64,000 nt of DNA. It comes from Octopus sinensis (lineage: Eukaryota). The stretch lies in contig NC_043015.1 of NCBI RefSeq assembly GCF_006345805.1, forward strand, positions 9,238,001 through 9,302,000, in the 5' to 3' direction. Positions 8,801-21,890 of this stretch are shown in pieces. Position 1 is the stretch's first letter, and every line of letters begins with the position of its first letter. The notes beneath the pieces are model-generated. The model searched no databases. It was given only the letters and a program-made list of their open reading frames with translations, and was not told where the DNA came from. The position numbers and the translations under genes are program-made.

Positions 8801-11223
8801 AATTTCAACAATTGAGGGCAAAATAATTAATTATTAATCAATTTCACCAAGTGTTCAGTATGCAAAGGGACCATTCAAGGCGAATTCAAATTATTACATT
8901 ATATAAAAGGGCTTAGTAAAATAAATTACTTTGCCGCATACTGAACTCATTAGAAATAGCAGCTAAAAAACTTTTTTAAGGCTATTTCTAATACTTAAAG
9001 AAAATCTCTCTCATATATAGTGTTTGCTTAATTCAACTCACAAAAGTTTGGGGGTAAGGACATCGAAAAATCAAATGCTAAGGTTATTCGAGAACGTACG
9101 TTTCAAGATTAGTCAAAACAACATTTCTATCATCGGCTCAGAAATTCCTTGGTTTGGATTTGGAAACACTGAAAATAAGAACATACCCTTTCGAAGATCT
9201 GCTCCCAACTAACAGTGCCAACAAATTCAAAATAAGCAAGCGAAGAATCTCTGTTCTCCCCTTTCCACCAGCGTGGGTTAAAATCATCAAACACTATGCT
9301 TATTTCGGTAAAATCCGAAGCATTAATCAGAGGGAGATTAATTATAATTTCAACAATTGAGGGCAAAATTAATTAATTATTAATCAATTTCACCAAGTGT
9401 TCAGTATGCAAAGGGACCATTCAAGGCGAATTCAAATTATTACATTATATAAAAGGGCTTAGTAAAATAAATTACTTTGCCGCATACTGAACTCATTAGA
9501 AATAGCAGCTAAAAAACTTTTTTAAGGCTATTTCTAATACTTAAAGAAAATCTCTCTCATATATAGTGTTTGCTTAATTCAACTCACAAAAGTTTGGGGG
9601 TAAGGACATCGAAAAATCAAATGCTAAGGTTATTCGAGAACGTACGTTTCAAGATTAGTCAAAACAACATTTCTATCATCGGCTCAGAAATTCCTTGGTT
9701 TGGATTTGGAAACACTGAAAATAAGAACATACCCTTTCGAAGATCTGCTCCCAACTAACAGTGCCAACAAATTCAAAATAAGCAAGCGAAGAATCTCTGT
9801 TCTCCCCTTTCCACCAGCGTGGGTTAAAATCATCAAACACTATGCTTATTTCGGTAAAATCCGAAGCATTAATTCAAACCAAGGAATTTCTGAGCCGATG
9901 ATAGAAATGTTGTTTTGACTAATCTTGAAACGTACGTTCTCGAATAACCTTAGCATTTGATTTTTCGATGTCCTTACCCCCAAACTTTTGTGAGTTGAAT
10001 TAAGCAAACACTATATATGAGAGAGATTTTCTTTAAGTATTAGAAATAGCCTTAAAAAAGTTTTTTAGCTGCTATTTCTAATGAGTTCAGTATGCGGCAA
10101 AGTAATTTATTTTACTAAGCCCTTTTATATAATGTAATAATTTGAATTCGCCTTGAATGGTCCCTTTGCATACTGAACACTTGGTGAAATTGATTAATAA
10201 TTAATTAATTTTGCCCTCAATTGTTGAAATTATAATTAATCTCCCTCTGATTAATGCTTCGGATTTTACCGAAATAAGCATAGTGTTTGATGATTTTAAC
10301 CCACGCTGGTGGAAAGGGGAGAACAGAGATTCTTCGCTTGCTTATTTTGAATTTGTTGGCACTGTTAGTTGGGAGCAGATCTTCGAAAGGGTATGTTCTT
10401 ATTTTCAGTGTTTCCAAATCCAAACCAAGGAATTTCTGAGCCGATGATAGAAATGTTGTTTTGACTAATCTTGAAACGTACGTTCTCGAATAACCTTAGC
10501 ATTTGATTTTTCGATGTCCTTACCCCCAAACTTTTGTGAGTTGAATTAAGCAAACACTATATATGAGAGAGATTTTCTTAAGTATTAGAAATAGCCTTAA
10601 AAAAGTTTTTTAGCTGCTATTTCTAATGAGTTCAGTATGCGGCAAAGTAATTATTTTACTAAGCCCTTTTATATAATGTAATAATTTGAATTCGCCTTGA
10701 ATGGTCCCTTTGCATACTGAACACTTGGTGAAATTGATTAATAATTAATTAATTTTGCCCTCAATTGTTGAAATTATAATTAATCTCCCTCTGATTAATG
10801 CTTCGGATTTTACCGAAATAAGCATAGTGTTTGATGATTTTAACCCACGCTGGTGGAAAGGGGAGAACAGAGATTCTTCGCTTGCTTATTTTGAATTTGT
10901 TGGCACTGTTAGTTGGGAGCAGATCTTCGAAAGGGTATGTTCTTATTTTCAGTGTTTCCAAATCCAAACCAAGGAATTTCTGAGCCGATGATAGAAATGT
11001 TGTTTTGACTAATCTTGAAACGTACGTTCTCGAATAACCTTAGCATTTGATTTTTCGATGTCCTTACCCCCAAACTTTTGTGAGTTGAATTAAGCAAACA
11101 CTATATATGAGAGAGATTTTCTTTAAGTATTAGAAATAGCCTTAAAAAAGTTTTTTAGCTGCTATTTCTAATGAGTTCAGTATGCGGCAAATTAATTTAT
11201 TTTACTAAGCCCTTTTATATAAT
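8801..11223. repeat. Inverted tandem array of a ~545-bp hammerhead-bearing unit (about 2 units in one orientation, 2.5 in the other)
   Basis: The direct arm 8801-9873 has units starting at 8801 and 9346. Orientation switches at 9874/9875 and the inverted arm runs 9875-11223 with periods of 546 and 544. Copies are nearly identical and (TA)n flanks both sides. Confidence 0.95.
9886..9945 (+). ncRNA. Hammerhead-like motif of the array unit (repeated at ~10432-10491 and ~10976-11035 on +, ~9086-9145 and ~9632-9691 on -)
   Basis: Stem I GAG/CTC plus TTC/GAA around a bulge; core CCGATGA 9895-9901; stem II AGA/TCT closed by T.T; GAAA 9927-9930; palindromic stem III ACGTACGT; predicted GUU cleavage after 9938. 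Confidence 0.6.
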
Positions 11224-11237
11224 ATATATATATATAT

Positions 11238-11396
11238 GCGACGAGCTTCTTTGAGTTTCCGTCTACCAAATCTACTCACAAGGCTTTGGTAGGTCTGAGG
11301 TTATAGTAGAAGTGACTTGCCCACGGTGCCACGCAGTGGGGCTGAACCTGGAACAATGTGGTTGGTAAGAAAGCTAGTTATCACACAACCACTTCT
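11238..11396 (-). mobile_element. 5' half of SINE family A
   Basis: GTTTCCGTCTACCAAATCTACTCACAAGGCTTTGG...GCCACGCAGTGGGGCTGAACCTGGAACAATGTGGTTGGTAAG. Confidence 0.85.
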
Positions 11397-12663
11397 TATT
11401 AATTATGTCTCTTAATTTGTTGGAATGAATGAAATATGCATTTCGCTATAGGTGGATCGATACCACCGAAAAAAAAGATTCGTTATTGCAAGAATGCGGT
11501 CCAACGACCGAGAGAAATAAAGATAAAAACACAATGAATTTGTTTTTTGCTTTTTGTAAACAGGAAATGAAACATTAATATGTATCTAGCAGATGAAGAT
11601 AGTTATACGTGTGTGTATGCGCGCGTGTATATGTGTGTGTGCATTTGTGTGTGTTTGTATATATGTGTACATGGATGCATGAGTGTGTGTGTTTGTGTGT
11701 ACGCATGTATGGATGTATACATGTATGCATGATTTTATGTATGTAGGTGTGCATGTATGATGAGGACAGCGATGTAACTATTACTGCATATTACAGTTGA
11801 GTCGATTTTGCGAGGATTTATACCCTTAGGCACTACTGACTACTCTTCGGCCAAAAAATCTGAAACGCCTATAAACGTTTGGCCCGGTAGTATAGACGCT
11901 TAGTTATACTCGACTTTGAGCTGAACGTTGCCAAAATCTTATAAAGCGGCTATGGGGGGTAGAAAAGTGTTACTTCCCAAGGAGGAGACTTAGGCATAAC
12001 AGATTTGCGTAATATATGATTCGCTATGCTTATATCATTTCTTATTGCAAACATGGAGACGGTCACGTTGACAGAAAGGCATTTCGTTTCAAGGAGGCAG
12101 CTTTCGAATGTTTACATTATTAGTTTGGAAAACATCCGCTCCGTATTAACATTTAAGAAAGGTTTTCCTCTCTGCTTAAAAGACTTGATGCTTTATTTTC
12201 ATTTACGTTTACAAGTGAACAGTGAATATTTAAAACAAAGAACTGTTAAAATGGGCAACAGTTTTCAAGAATGAATTCTATCAAGAAATACATTTGACAT
12301 GTCTTCGCCACTCAAACCATAAAGATTTTTCCTGTTATCAAATGATACTTAAGTGCACCACGGGAAAATTCACGCCGTTACGAGTTACATTTGTATCAAA
12401 CATTTGCAAAAAGAAAATTAATAAAAAGGTCACCAAAATTTGCTTAACTTGTCCTAAAAGAGAAAAGGCGTCCGAAAAAGACATCGTCTTTTACAAACTT
12501 AGAATGTCATATGCAAAGCAAAATAAAAAAAGCCAGCAAAGCAAACTTGTTAGAGAAAAATACAAATATGGCAACAAATATATGAATGGAAAAGAAAACA
12601 AATTTAAAATACGTAGGTGTCAAGAATAAATACCTAGAACATAAGACTGAAGCGTAACAAGTA

Positions 12664-12803
12664 TTTGGTTGCCCCAAAAGTTCGTAAACACTTGCGAAAA
12701 TTGAATTTTTACTCGTCAAGTACTAACAAAAACAACAAAAATTATTCCTCAAAATAAAGACCACTATTTTCCAAGACTTTCTACGAACTTTTGGGACAAA
12801 TTT
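12664..12803. mobile_element. mariner-type MITE (~140 bp)
   Basis: Imperfect TIRs TTTGGTTGCCCCAAAAGTTCGTA / TACGAACTTTTGGGACAAATT, of mariner style. Confidence 0.65.
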
Positions 12804-13303
12804 ATCTTAGCGGCAAATACAAAACAGTCAACTAGTTTAGAGTGCAAAACAGTGAATAATGAAAAGTATGTTTTGTAAGACACACTAAAAAATATGACTA
12901 CAAAATCATACACATACGTACCGTATCATATTTAGATATACGTAAGTATTTTTGTCGGTTCCAATGAGTACGTGTGTACACAAATATGTGCGAATCACGT
13001 GTTTTGCGGACTTTATCTGTTTGTGTATAAGCGTGTAAGTAATATTCAGTTCTTTTCGAACATCAAAGAAATCTATGACTGAAACAGAATTCAGTGCAGA
13101 CGAAATCTGTGCAGAGTTATTTACATTAATACATATGTTAAACAGTACAAGTGATTTTTCTCATACTGGAAAATATACTGAAGCCCATAATCATTTGCAA
13201 TATACAATAACATATATCTCTATATGCGTATATATGTACGTATGCATGTATGTATGTATGTATGTATGTATGTATGTATGCATGCATGTATGTATGTACG
13301 TAT

Positions 13304-13396
<93 letters not shown>

Positions 13397-13645
13397 CATG
13401 TATGTATGTATGTATATATGAAACAGAGACAACTGATGAGGAAGACTATTCTTTATGTTGCACATCACGTTCCTATGTTTTTTTGTTTTCGTTTCTCATT
13501 GTGTTCAATGTTATTTTGATGTCCTGTACCCAAATGTATATGTATATATATATTAATATTAAAAATAGGGAAACTGCAAACCAAACTAGAGGCTAACTTC
13601 CAAAAACACAGGTGACATCTGTAGCATAAATTGCATCTCTTCCAG

Positions 13646-13757
13646 CAATGATGTGGACGTTTCCTCCTCCATATTTTTAACAGCTCTTGGGTCAGCAGGT
13701 TTTGTTGACCTGACGATGTGCTATAAAGCTAATCCCTTTATGGACGGGAAACCTAAG
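13646..13757 (+). CDS. Candidate internal exon of an unidentified host gene (NDVDVSSSIFLTALGSAGFVDLTMCYKANPFMDGKPK)
   Basis: Acceptor TTGCATCTCTTCCAG, 112 nt with only one open frame, donor AAG|GTAATG, non-repetitive sequence. The protein is not recognised. Confidence 0.35.
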
Positions 13758-14079
13758 GTAATGCCAGAAACTTCTCTTCTCCATTATAAATATATACTGT
13801 TCTATATCTTAGAGTGTGCTTCTTCTTTCAGATTTATGTTTTTTACAGACGATCTAAATACACATATATAGTGTTGACGTGTTAAAACCAGAATGTTTGA
13901 AAGAATACGAAAGAATCCTGATTTGTAAAGCTGGAACAGGAATCAGTTTTCTAAACTTAGTTTAAGTCACAGGAAAGTTTTAGATATATTAAACTGATTA
14001 TTTCGACGGTATTAATTATTGCTTTACCTACATCGAGATCCATCTTTCTAAAATGTATTAAATATTTTCATGTGTGTGT

Positions 14080-14119
<40 letters not shown>

Positions 14120-16038
14120 CACTGGTCTTTGTAAAGTGTCGCTCTTTTGTTTACACATATTTGCATTTTTGTGCAAAATGAATTACCTGAAAAGAGGAGA
14201 TCCGTTTTTTTATTATCATTACGAAATCTAGCATTTAAAAATCTCTTACTGAAATTGCGATAGAAAACGATAATAAGCATACATACATATATTTGCATGC
14301 ATTTGTGCGTTGTGTGTTTTCATTCGATTGATTTCTATATAAATTTACTGTATATAACTTACCTGCTCTACGGGATAAATTATTCATAGAATAAATAATA
14401 TAATGGAGTACATTATCAGTTACAACAATTGAGAATGCTGCTCATATATTGTTCGCTATTTTAAGTCTTGAAAAATAGATTTCCTTTTTTTTTTAGCCAA
14501 TGTTAGACATGGCACATGGATCTTGTCCTTTTCCATTGCAAGGAATAAAATCCAAATATTTATTTCTATTTTGAAAATATTTTATTAGAATTATATTCTG
14601 CTTCTATTTTTTATATATTCTTATCAATCTCCCATTTACATTCTTTTATTCTGCTTGTATTATTCCTCCTCATTATTTTATAAATTTTATGTTCATTAAA
14701 GACGAGCTTCTAACAAAATGCACTCATTTTGTTAGACATTCTTCTAGAAATCAGATTAGATTTTTTTTTCTTTGTATGTGATATATCCACTAAGTGCTTC
14801 TCACCATTTTGAAGTTTTACCTCGTATTTTCTATGAATATCCATCGTATCATATCAGATTAAAATGATTTAGTAATGTGTCGTGTTTCCTTTCTATTATC
14901 TCCTGGAATCATTGACACAAGTACATTAAAATCAGACAATCAGGGTATAAAATTCAAGGAAAGTCAATTTCCAGTCGTTCATTACATTCGATATTGCCAA
15001 TAAGTAATCAGCTAATTTTACAAATATCATTCCGTTTCAGACACATGATGAAACATGCACATGTAATTACGTACAAATTGCAAATCAAATATTTGGGTAT
15101 TTTTTCAATCGTTCATTCAACATAGACTAAGTGGCTGATGAAAATTTTCATCTCCCTGTCGTATAGACACTGTTGAAAGTCAAGACAAGGTAGAATTATA
15201 TGGAACACAGACTCGTTGTGTTGAAAATGCAATATATATAAAAGTGAGACGAATGCAATCGCTGCAGTAACTCGAAAGAAAGACAAATGTGTTTTGTGAT
15301 TTGGTATGAAGTAATAAATTATTGGCGCCTCGTGTTGGCCAACTGCCATTCCACTGATATTATGTGGAAGGTATCGACTTAGAGCCATTTTTTTCAATGA
15401 GGAATGTTTTACACAATAACATAGGTTATAATTCAGTATAAGTTTCAATTATGTTAATTTGATTACACGTAAGCTGCCACGACTGTGCGTATCCCGACTT
15501 ATCATGTATATATATAAAAACATGATTCATTGTGTATTTACAAGCAATACGTTTGAAATATATTTGTGTTGTAGAACGTAAAAGTACCGCAATTCATTTC
15601 ATATAGTTTGTCAGGGCGATACTCGCTTATTCCGAACAGTTTAATCTTTTCACAATCGATGATTTCCATTAGCAGGACGAAGACATATCTAAATCTTCAT
15701 CTCTGAATATGTCTTTTTGCTGTCATTTTTTATAGTTTGACATAGAAAATTGATTTGGTTTTACTCCGAAAATATAGACTACAATATGTATTTGAAGAAC
15801 AAGACGACACATGCTACAAATCACGAAAGATTTTCCCCCTTTAAAATGAGACCAATATATCTCTCAGATATATATTAAGAGCTTTGTATATCTACACTAC
15901 AAAGTTTTATGAAGTCTTCTGCATAATTCTATATTACCAAACACACGCAATCATATATGCACACATATATACTGTTACATATAGAAACTTATATGCATAA
16001 TATATACGTGTATATACATACAAATATGTATGTATATG

Positions 16039-16069
<31 letters not shown>

Positions 16070-16100
16070 AAATATATATTTATATATATATATATATATG

Positions 16101-16172
<72 letters not shown>

Positions 16173-17215
16173 CATAGATAGATACATACATACATCCATA
16201 TATATATATATATAGATATGTATAAGCACATGCACACACACACACACACATATATATATTTATATATACATACATATATACATACATACATACATACATA
16301 CATACATACATACATACATACATAATTACATACATACATGGACATACATTTAATCGATTGTTACATTAACAAACAGATTACATTAGCATTTCTGCAATCT
16401 ATAAATCATTTATATTTTGGTTTATGTCCAAAGTCTTCAGACAGTCTTTTGATTCTTCTGTAATTATCAAGGAATCTCTATTTTCATTGGTAATAATATT
16501 ATGTCGTAGATATTTGTTACATAACGGAAATATTGAATGTACAGTGTGAGCCAATTCAGAGGTAATCGGATCAGTTATTGCATTGTCTCTCCATAGTAGT
16601 CGAAATATTTGTTCTTTTCTGATACTTTATATCATTCTTCAATTACGTAGTAAGATAATTGTGACAAATATTCTTCTTCTGTTATATGCTTTAGGCTAGG
16701 AGATCTACGAAATGTTGCACATCTTCTCACACTTTGTTCCAATAAATTATGTGTAAATTAAAAATATATGCGATCTTCAATTAATCATTTGCAATGCTTC
16801 TATGGTTTCAGACATACGAATTGTAAAGTGTATTTTGACTGTTGTTTCGTTAACTAGAAATTTGAATAGCTTAAACATTATATTCTTGCTTTTAAATTGC
16901 CTTCAATATGATATACAATGAATTTTCGTAGTGAAATCGTAGAAATTACATGTTACCTGTTTAGAAACTGATTCAGGTGTTTTTCATATTTTCTCTCGCG
17001 TCTGCATGTTTGTATCGATGTATCTATGTTTCCATGCAGGTATGCATGTAAATATGCATGTATGTGTATATATGCAGGTATATATGTATGTGCATGTGTA
17101 TTTATTTTATCTGTTTGTATATCTATTTATAATATATATATGTGTGTGTGCGTGAGTGTGTGTGTGTAGATGTATATATATACTTAAATTGATAGATAGA
17201 TAGGTAACTAGATAC

Positions 17216-17232
<17 letters not shown>

Positions 17233-17272
<40 letters not shown>

Positions 17273-17327
17273 ATGTATATATATATATGTATGTATATAT
17301 ATATATATATGTATATATATATGTATG

Positions 17328-17358
<31 letters not shown>

Positions 17359-18231
17359 GAGAGAGAGAGAGAGACAGACAGACAGAGAGACAGACAGACA
17401 GAGACAGATATACAGAGACAGAGAGACAGACCGAGAGAGAGAAAGAGAGGGAGAGACAGGAGAGATATCTGTATGCATTTTTATATCCATATATATCTAT
17501 GCGTGTAAGAATATGCATGTGTGGATGTGTTGAACGTATGCGTATGACTTATATATGTGTGTGTGTCTGTGTGTTCACTTTCACAAAATAATATATATCA
17601 TGTGCGTCTTGATGGGTGTGTGAATATGTAAATATGCATAACCACTTTTCTCTTTTCATATATGTGGGGATGTATATATGTTATACGTAATACTAGATTG
17701 AGTGGTAAATATTTATCTATGCGTTTATAAATGCCCATACAAATATTAGGCTTTATGAGAGGCTGATATGCCTATACCACATGATTCTAAACGAACTCAC
17801 GCACATTATTATCCTACACAGACGTATCGCACATTTTGCTCTGTAGGCACAAACAATACATGTTCATTGAAAAAAAAACATTCATGCTATATCCTTGACA
17901 GAGAATCACTCTTACGTCTTTGATCCTTGGGCTCTTTTCTTGATGCAACTACAAGAAGAGAACTTATGACAAACGCTCGCGCGCACATGCACTCCTGTAT
18001 ATATGTAGAAGGTTGAAAAGAAACACATGATTTGATTCGTATAAGGAAGATAAGACAAGGTAGAAAATGCTAAAATAATATTATCATGAAGAACATCTTA
18101 GTAGCGGTTTCAGTCATTGCGATTTTTCCAACTTATAGGAAAGTATGAAAGAAAATTAAATTGGCTAGAAATTAAATGAAATGTTGTTTTTTTCTCAAAA
18201 TATATATTTTCATAGCTTTGAAATGCAAGCG

Positions 18232-18294
<63 letters not shown>

Positions 18295-18364
18295 ATGTAT
18301 ATATATATATGTATGCATGTATATATACGTATATATATGTATATATATATGTATGTATATATAT

Positions 18365-18414
<50 letters not shown>

Positions 18415-19257
18415 GAGACAGACAGACAGAGACAGATATACAGAGACAGAGAGACAGACCGAGAGAGAGAAAGAGAGGGAGAGACAGGAGAGATATCTGT
18501 ATGCATTTTTATATCCATATATATCTATGCGTGTAAGAATATGCATGTGTGGATGTGTTGAACGTATGCGTATGACTTATATATGTGTGTGTGTCTGTGT
18601 GTTCACTTTCACAAAATAATATATATCATGTGCGTCTTGATGGGTGTGTGAATATGTAAATATGCATAACCACTTTTCTCTTTTCATATATGTGGGGATG
18701 TATATATGTTATACGTAATACTAGATTGAGTGGTAAATATTTATCTATGCGTTTATAAATGCCCATACAAATATTAGGCTTTATGAGAGGCTGATATGCC
18801 TATACCACATGATTCTAAACGAACTCACGCACATTATTATCCTACACAGACGTATCGCACATTTTGCTCTGTAGGCACAAACAATACATGTTCATTGAAA
18901 AAAAAACATTCATGCTATATCCTTGACAGAGAATCACTCTTACGTCTTTGATCCTTGGGCTCTTTTCTTGATGCAACTACAAGAAGAGAACTTATGACAA
19001 ACGCTCGCGCGCACATGCACTCCTGTATATATGTAGAAGGTTGAAAAGAAACACATGATTTGATTCGTATAAGGAAGATAAGACAAGGTAGAAAATGCTA
19101 AAATAATATTATCATGAAGAACATCTTAGTAGCGGTTTCAGTCATTGCGATTTTTCCAACTTATAGGAAAGTATGAAAGAAAATTAAATTGGCTAGAAAT
19201 TAAATGAAATGTTGTTTTTTTCTCAAAATATATATTTTCATAGCTTTGAAATGCAAG

Positions 19258-19290
<33 letters not shown>
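17233..19290. repeat. Direct tandem duplication, ~1028-bp unit x2, bounded by (TA)n
   Basis: Unique anchors are offset by exactly 1028 (TCACAAAATA at 17581/18609; AAATGCAAGC at 18221/19249). The unique parts look identical and the microsatellite parts differ. Confidence 0.92.
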
Positions 19291-19301
<11 letters not shown>

Positions 19302-19699
19302 AAATCTGACTCAGCTGAAGGTTATCTAAATATTACTTAAAGTTTTGAACTGTACTACAAAGATGAGAAGTGTCCGGAAGAAAACTGTTTACATGATATA
19401 ATGATATATGTTTCTTGGTTGAGGGTATTTCAACGAACATTTCGTTGGTCAGGGCACGTAGAAATGTGTGCTTATCAGAGATAGCACGTAATTCATATAT
19501 ATTATTCGAGCGTGGAAGGTGACTCTAGAATTTCATTTATGTATGTGATATCTTAGTCCAGCGACCTTTGTTACGGCGTATTATTGTGATATCGTATTAA
19601 TGCATGTCTTCATTATAGGCGGGTATTAATATGTCACAGTGATATAAGGCAGGATTATAAATAATAATACGCTCGGAAGATGGTCTTATCGACCTCTTA

Positions 19700-20400
19700 A
19701 TTTTGTATGTGGTAGATGGGCTTGGAAAGGTCTTTACCCTCTAAAGAGACGGATTGTTCAGTGCCTAATACATCGAGCAGAGAATATAAGTAGCGATCTT
19801 GATACCAACTACGAAGAAATGAAGCTTAGTAACAATCTATTAAGCAAAATCTACCCAAAATCATACAATCCACTCCAATAATGAAGAAAAGAGTTTGAAA
19901 TCAATAAACTATCTACAGTCTGTCTACCCTATGTGAAAGACTCTCCGAATAGATACAAAAGAAGTATGACCCATATGGCATGAGAACAGTATTCAAGAGT
20001 AACACAACACTTCGCAAAAATCTGCTTCGAGTAACACCACTAATAGAAGAGAATATGACCCGAAATTGTGTATACTCCATCCCATGCAGCTGTGATATGT
20101 TATAGAAAGGCGAAAGATGCTGCCCTATCAAAATAAGGGTAGAGGAACATCGCAAAGCTGTGACACCAGGAGATGTTGATTAATCGGGTATTGCTGATCA
20201 TGTATGGAAAACGGAGACCACCTCCTCCTGTAGGACGAAGTTAAAATAGTAGATAGAGAACACCACTGGAACATATGAAAACTAAAAAAAGCAGCACATA
20301 TGCTAGGGCACAGCAACCTCCTAAGCAAAGAGACTGCTGATATGAACAACATATTAAGGAAGGCAAGGAGAATATGAGATTTATAAGCCCTAACATCCAC
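19700..20400 (+). pseudogene. Decayed PLE 3' fragment (RT thumb + GIY-YIG), Poseidon/Penelope-like
   Basis: Broken frames give LYPLKRRIVQCLIHRAENIS, VCLPYVK, RTVFKSNTTLRKNLL, NCVYSIPCSC, IRVEEHRKAV, SGIADHVWK and VKIVDREHHW. Weak RT similarity may extend up to about 19510. Confidence 0.85.
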
Positions 20401-20414
20401 TCCAAAAATTCCCC

Positions 20415-20702
20415 ACGGGTATATTGCGTAGCGGTTAAGAGCGCGGTCTACTAACCCCAAGATGCCGGGTTCGATTCAAGGCAAAGACATGAATAATAAT
20501 AATGAAAATAATAAAAAAAACAACAACATGGAAAAATGACTTTAAAACGAGAACCCCGCTTCGAAATTTCCTCAAGACACCTGATATGAAGCCTAGAAGG
20601 TATATCAGCCGAAACGTTTTGTTAACAACAAACAAGATGAGGACAAATACCCGTGAAATGTAAATAATGTACATAATTCCTCATCTCTTAAATATAGAAC
20701 TG
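20415..20702 (+). mobile_element. tRNA-headed element with a decayed hammerhead, directly 3' of the PLE fragment
   Basis: A-box-like TTGCGTAGCGG 20424-20434; anticodon-like loop CTACTAA; B-box GGTTCGATTC 20468-20477; then CTGATATGAA-G..CAGCC-GAAAC at 20581-20615. Confidence 0.65.
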
Positions 20703-21659
20703 CATACCTAATATTGATGTTTTCAGTATTTTGTTAATAATCGAGTTAACAATCGTTGTCTCCCCATGGAGATTGCTTACATTTTTAACATATTTATATT
20801 GTTGTTTATTTATGTATTACCTTATACGAAGTGGAAGTCTTCCAAATTTGCTATCAAGCGCCTCAGGCGAATGTGTCGATATAAGTCGTTCGTTGTCCCT
20901 TATTATTTCTTCAGCATTTCCAGCAATGCAGTGCTTATAATATTTTGAGCGAAGTTTCACATATTTAATTGTAAGTCGAAACGTATGTCGTCAAATCTAA
21001 CAATGCATTTTTTAATAAAATATATCACTAAACAATCTATTCAAACACGTGAGAAAAACTGGAATATATACATTTTAAATAATGTTTTTATTTATCTTAG
21101 TATTTCATCTGCTCTCTTCGCTTCTTTTATGCCACGTGGGCTCATCTCACCATTTCTCGTCATCTGATATTAATCTCACCTCCTCTCTTTATTTGATACC
21201 AATCCCACACCACTCTAGACACACTAGCACTGAAAGCCTCCCAACACCAACATCACATACTCTCACCTACACACTCACACACAATCATCAATAGCATCAC
21301 TGCATATGTGTGCACTATATGTGCAGCTACACGTACTTTAACTCAGTGCACGCACCATCGTGCACATTCCCACGCCCACACATACACATGATACGTGAAC
21401 ACAGGCTATATATACATACACACAGCATGTATTATCTCACGCAACGTACATAGACAAAGATAGCTTTCGCCTACATACATACAGCATATACATGCACACA
21501 ATTTGGCCACAGACACACACATGTGAACACACCATATAAAAAGTAGACACGAATTTCCACACACAAAACACACACACTCCCGTGTCACTCGCCCCTATTC
21601 AAACATACACATATACAAACTCACACACAGTAGTCTCACATACACACACGCACAGGCAG

Positions 21660-21890
21660 CTTCACCTGTTTGGACCGCTAATACTTTATTATCTCCCTTT
21701 TATGCAATCTCTGTTATTATTATAATCTCCCACGATTTTTCGAATCATTTGCTATGTAGGACAGCTGAATTTTACAAGTGTTTGCTTTTTTTCATTCTCT
21801 CTCTGTTTAGTTTATCTTATTCCTTTCTGCTGAAGAGTGTTGTGTCGAAACGTAAAATACTATTTTTCATTTTTCCCGACTGTCTAATAC
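21660..21890 (+). mobile_element. Probable PLE-terminus fragment with a decayed hammerhead core
   Basis: CTGAAGA 21830-21836, a short degenerate stem II, and GAAACGT 21847-21853. Confidence 0.4.

Noticed and set aside
9024-11097. Repeated 62-78 aa ORFs in the 545-bp array
   Set aside because: They are short, overlap on both strands and have no recognisable motifs; they recur only because the unit repeats.
8801-11223. CRISPR-like or ambisense-ribozyme reading of the array
   Set aside because: There is no repeat-spacer structure. The only opposite-polarity candidate (CTGAAAA...TTCGAAG near 9168-9197) lacks G8 and GAAA and has no stem III.
11930-12630. Lys-rich ORFs of 82 and 111 aa
   Set aside because: They lie in A-rich, compositionally biased sequence with no family motif recognised.
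20424-20480. Functional tRNA gene
   Set aside because: The acceptor and anticodon stems do not pair, so it is treated as an element-borne tRNA-derived head. The same applies to the SINE heads.
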